NCBI RefSeq assembly: GCF_018977255.1
Contig: NW_024704743.1
Location: 113,708,001 to 113,772,000, forward strand
Reading direction: 5' to 3'
Length of the DNA stretch: 64,000 bases
Source of the DNA: Callorhinchus milii
Taxonomy: Eukaryota
Part shown: piece after piece, positions 63,120 to 64,000 of the stretch
Layout of the letters: each line of letters begins with the position of its first letter
How positions within the stretch are numbered: the stretch's first letter is position 1
Notes under the pieces: model-generated
Databases searched by the model: none
Seen by the model: only the letters and a program-made list of their open reading frames with translations
Told to the model about the DNA's origin: nothing
Made by a program: the position numbers and the translations under genes

Positions 63120-63330
63120 GGGCCTGAAATTTCACCTCGTCTTCGCCTGCAAAACCATTTTTGTCAAATTTAAGATTGTGGAAAATTCTTAAATTCAGCC
63201 TTAGTTCGGAAACAGTTTGTTTTTAAGAACTGTGTAAAAAAAAACAGCTACCAAATTTGAATGAATTGAACATTCTTTGATGAATGCCACAATTTTTTTT
63301 GTCTTACAGGATAAAACTGGGTGCAATTTG
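63120..63330. mobile_element. Putative MITE with ~29-bp imperfect TIRs
   Basis: aaatttcacctcgtcttcgcctgcaaaac versus reverse complement of the right end, aaattgcacccagttttatcctgtaagac. Confidence 0.55.
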
Positions 63331-63394
63331 TGATGTTCTCCCGACGAGAAAGGTGCTACATCAATGCAAGGATTCTTTTTATTATTATCCCTCT

Positions 63395-63680
63395 GGCCAG
63401 GCAAACCTTAGGCAAGTCTCCTTACTCCACACCCCTTTGTTTACTTAGCAGTGAGTAGAAACCCGGTTGTTAGTCGATTGGCAGATCGCTTTCTGGGAGT
63501 AATAATCCCTTCCAAAAAAATGGTAACTCAATCCATGACTGTTTGTGGCACATTACTGTGTGAAATTGGCTGCCCACAAAATACACAGTCAACCCATTTT
63601 ACTGTAATATACTGTGAAGTGCTTTGAGCCGTGTCAACAATGTGATAAGGCGCTATATCAAATGCAATTATTATTACTAT
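63395..63680 (+). mobile_element. Long-form SINE, head truncated
   Basis: ggcaaaccttaggcaagtctccttactccacac...cggttgttagtcgattggc...gcgctatatcaaatgcaattattatt. Confidence 0.87.
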
Positions 63681-64000
63681 TGGCATCAAAGTTCCCATAT
63701 GCCTGAAATATTGTCGTTTATCCTGGAATGGAATTCACACGATCACAAGAAAGGTTCAGAAGAAAAAGACCTACTGGTCCAATTGATCTCATCCTTCCAG
63801 AATACCTACCTTATTATCTTCCCATTACAGCATCAAACTGTTGCCATGGGTTGGTGAAACGTACTTCTGGAAGGTGTCCCCATTTGCTCTCCTCTGATTC
63901 TTTATTAATAGAGTTCATTATTTAAGGAATCCCATTGAGACATTCTACAAATTGGACACCATATGGTTCCTTAGTTTGCTTGCTGAAAACAAACAGGGTT

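Overview
This is eukaryotic, AT-rich, repeat-dense non-coding DNA. The repeat set points to a cartilaginous fish, probably a chimaera such as Callorhinchus (inference): tRNA-derived SINEs with L2-type tails, Deu-domain SINEs, L2 and CR1 LINE fragments, and a Penelope-like GIY-YIG fragment. I recognise no host protein-coding gene, rRNA, true tRNA or CRISPR array. Every ORF with recognisable motifs is a decayed retroelement (L2, CR1, L1, Penelope) or SINE read-through. I found no convincing new gene system. The best-supported points concern transposon biology. (1) A three-level nested insertion (CR1, then L2, then Penelope) has an exact 10-bp target duplication and a decayed hammerhead ribozyme. 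(2) A mosaic SINE family joins a tRNA-Ala-like head, a CORE-like segment, the 3' part of a Deu domain and an L2 tail. Its youngest copies appear to have taken their 3' recognition loop from a co-resident L2. (3) Two relics resemble LF-SINE. (4) There is a putative MITE family. Boundaries of decayed elements are approximate. Family names come from recalled consensus motifs, not from a database search.
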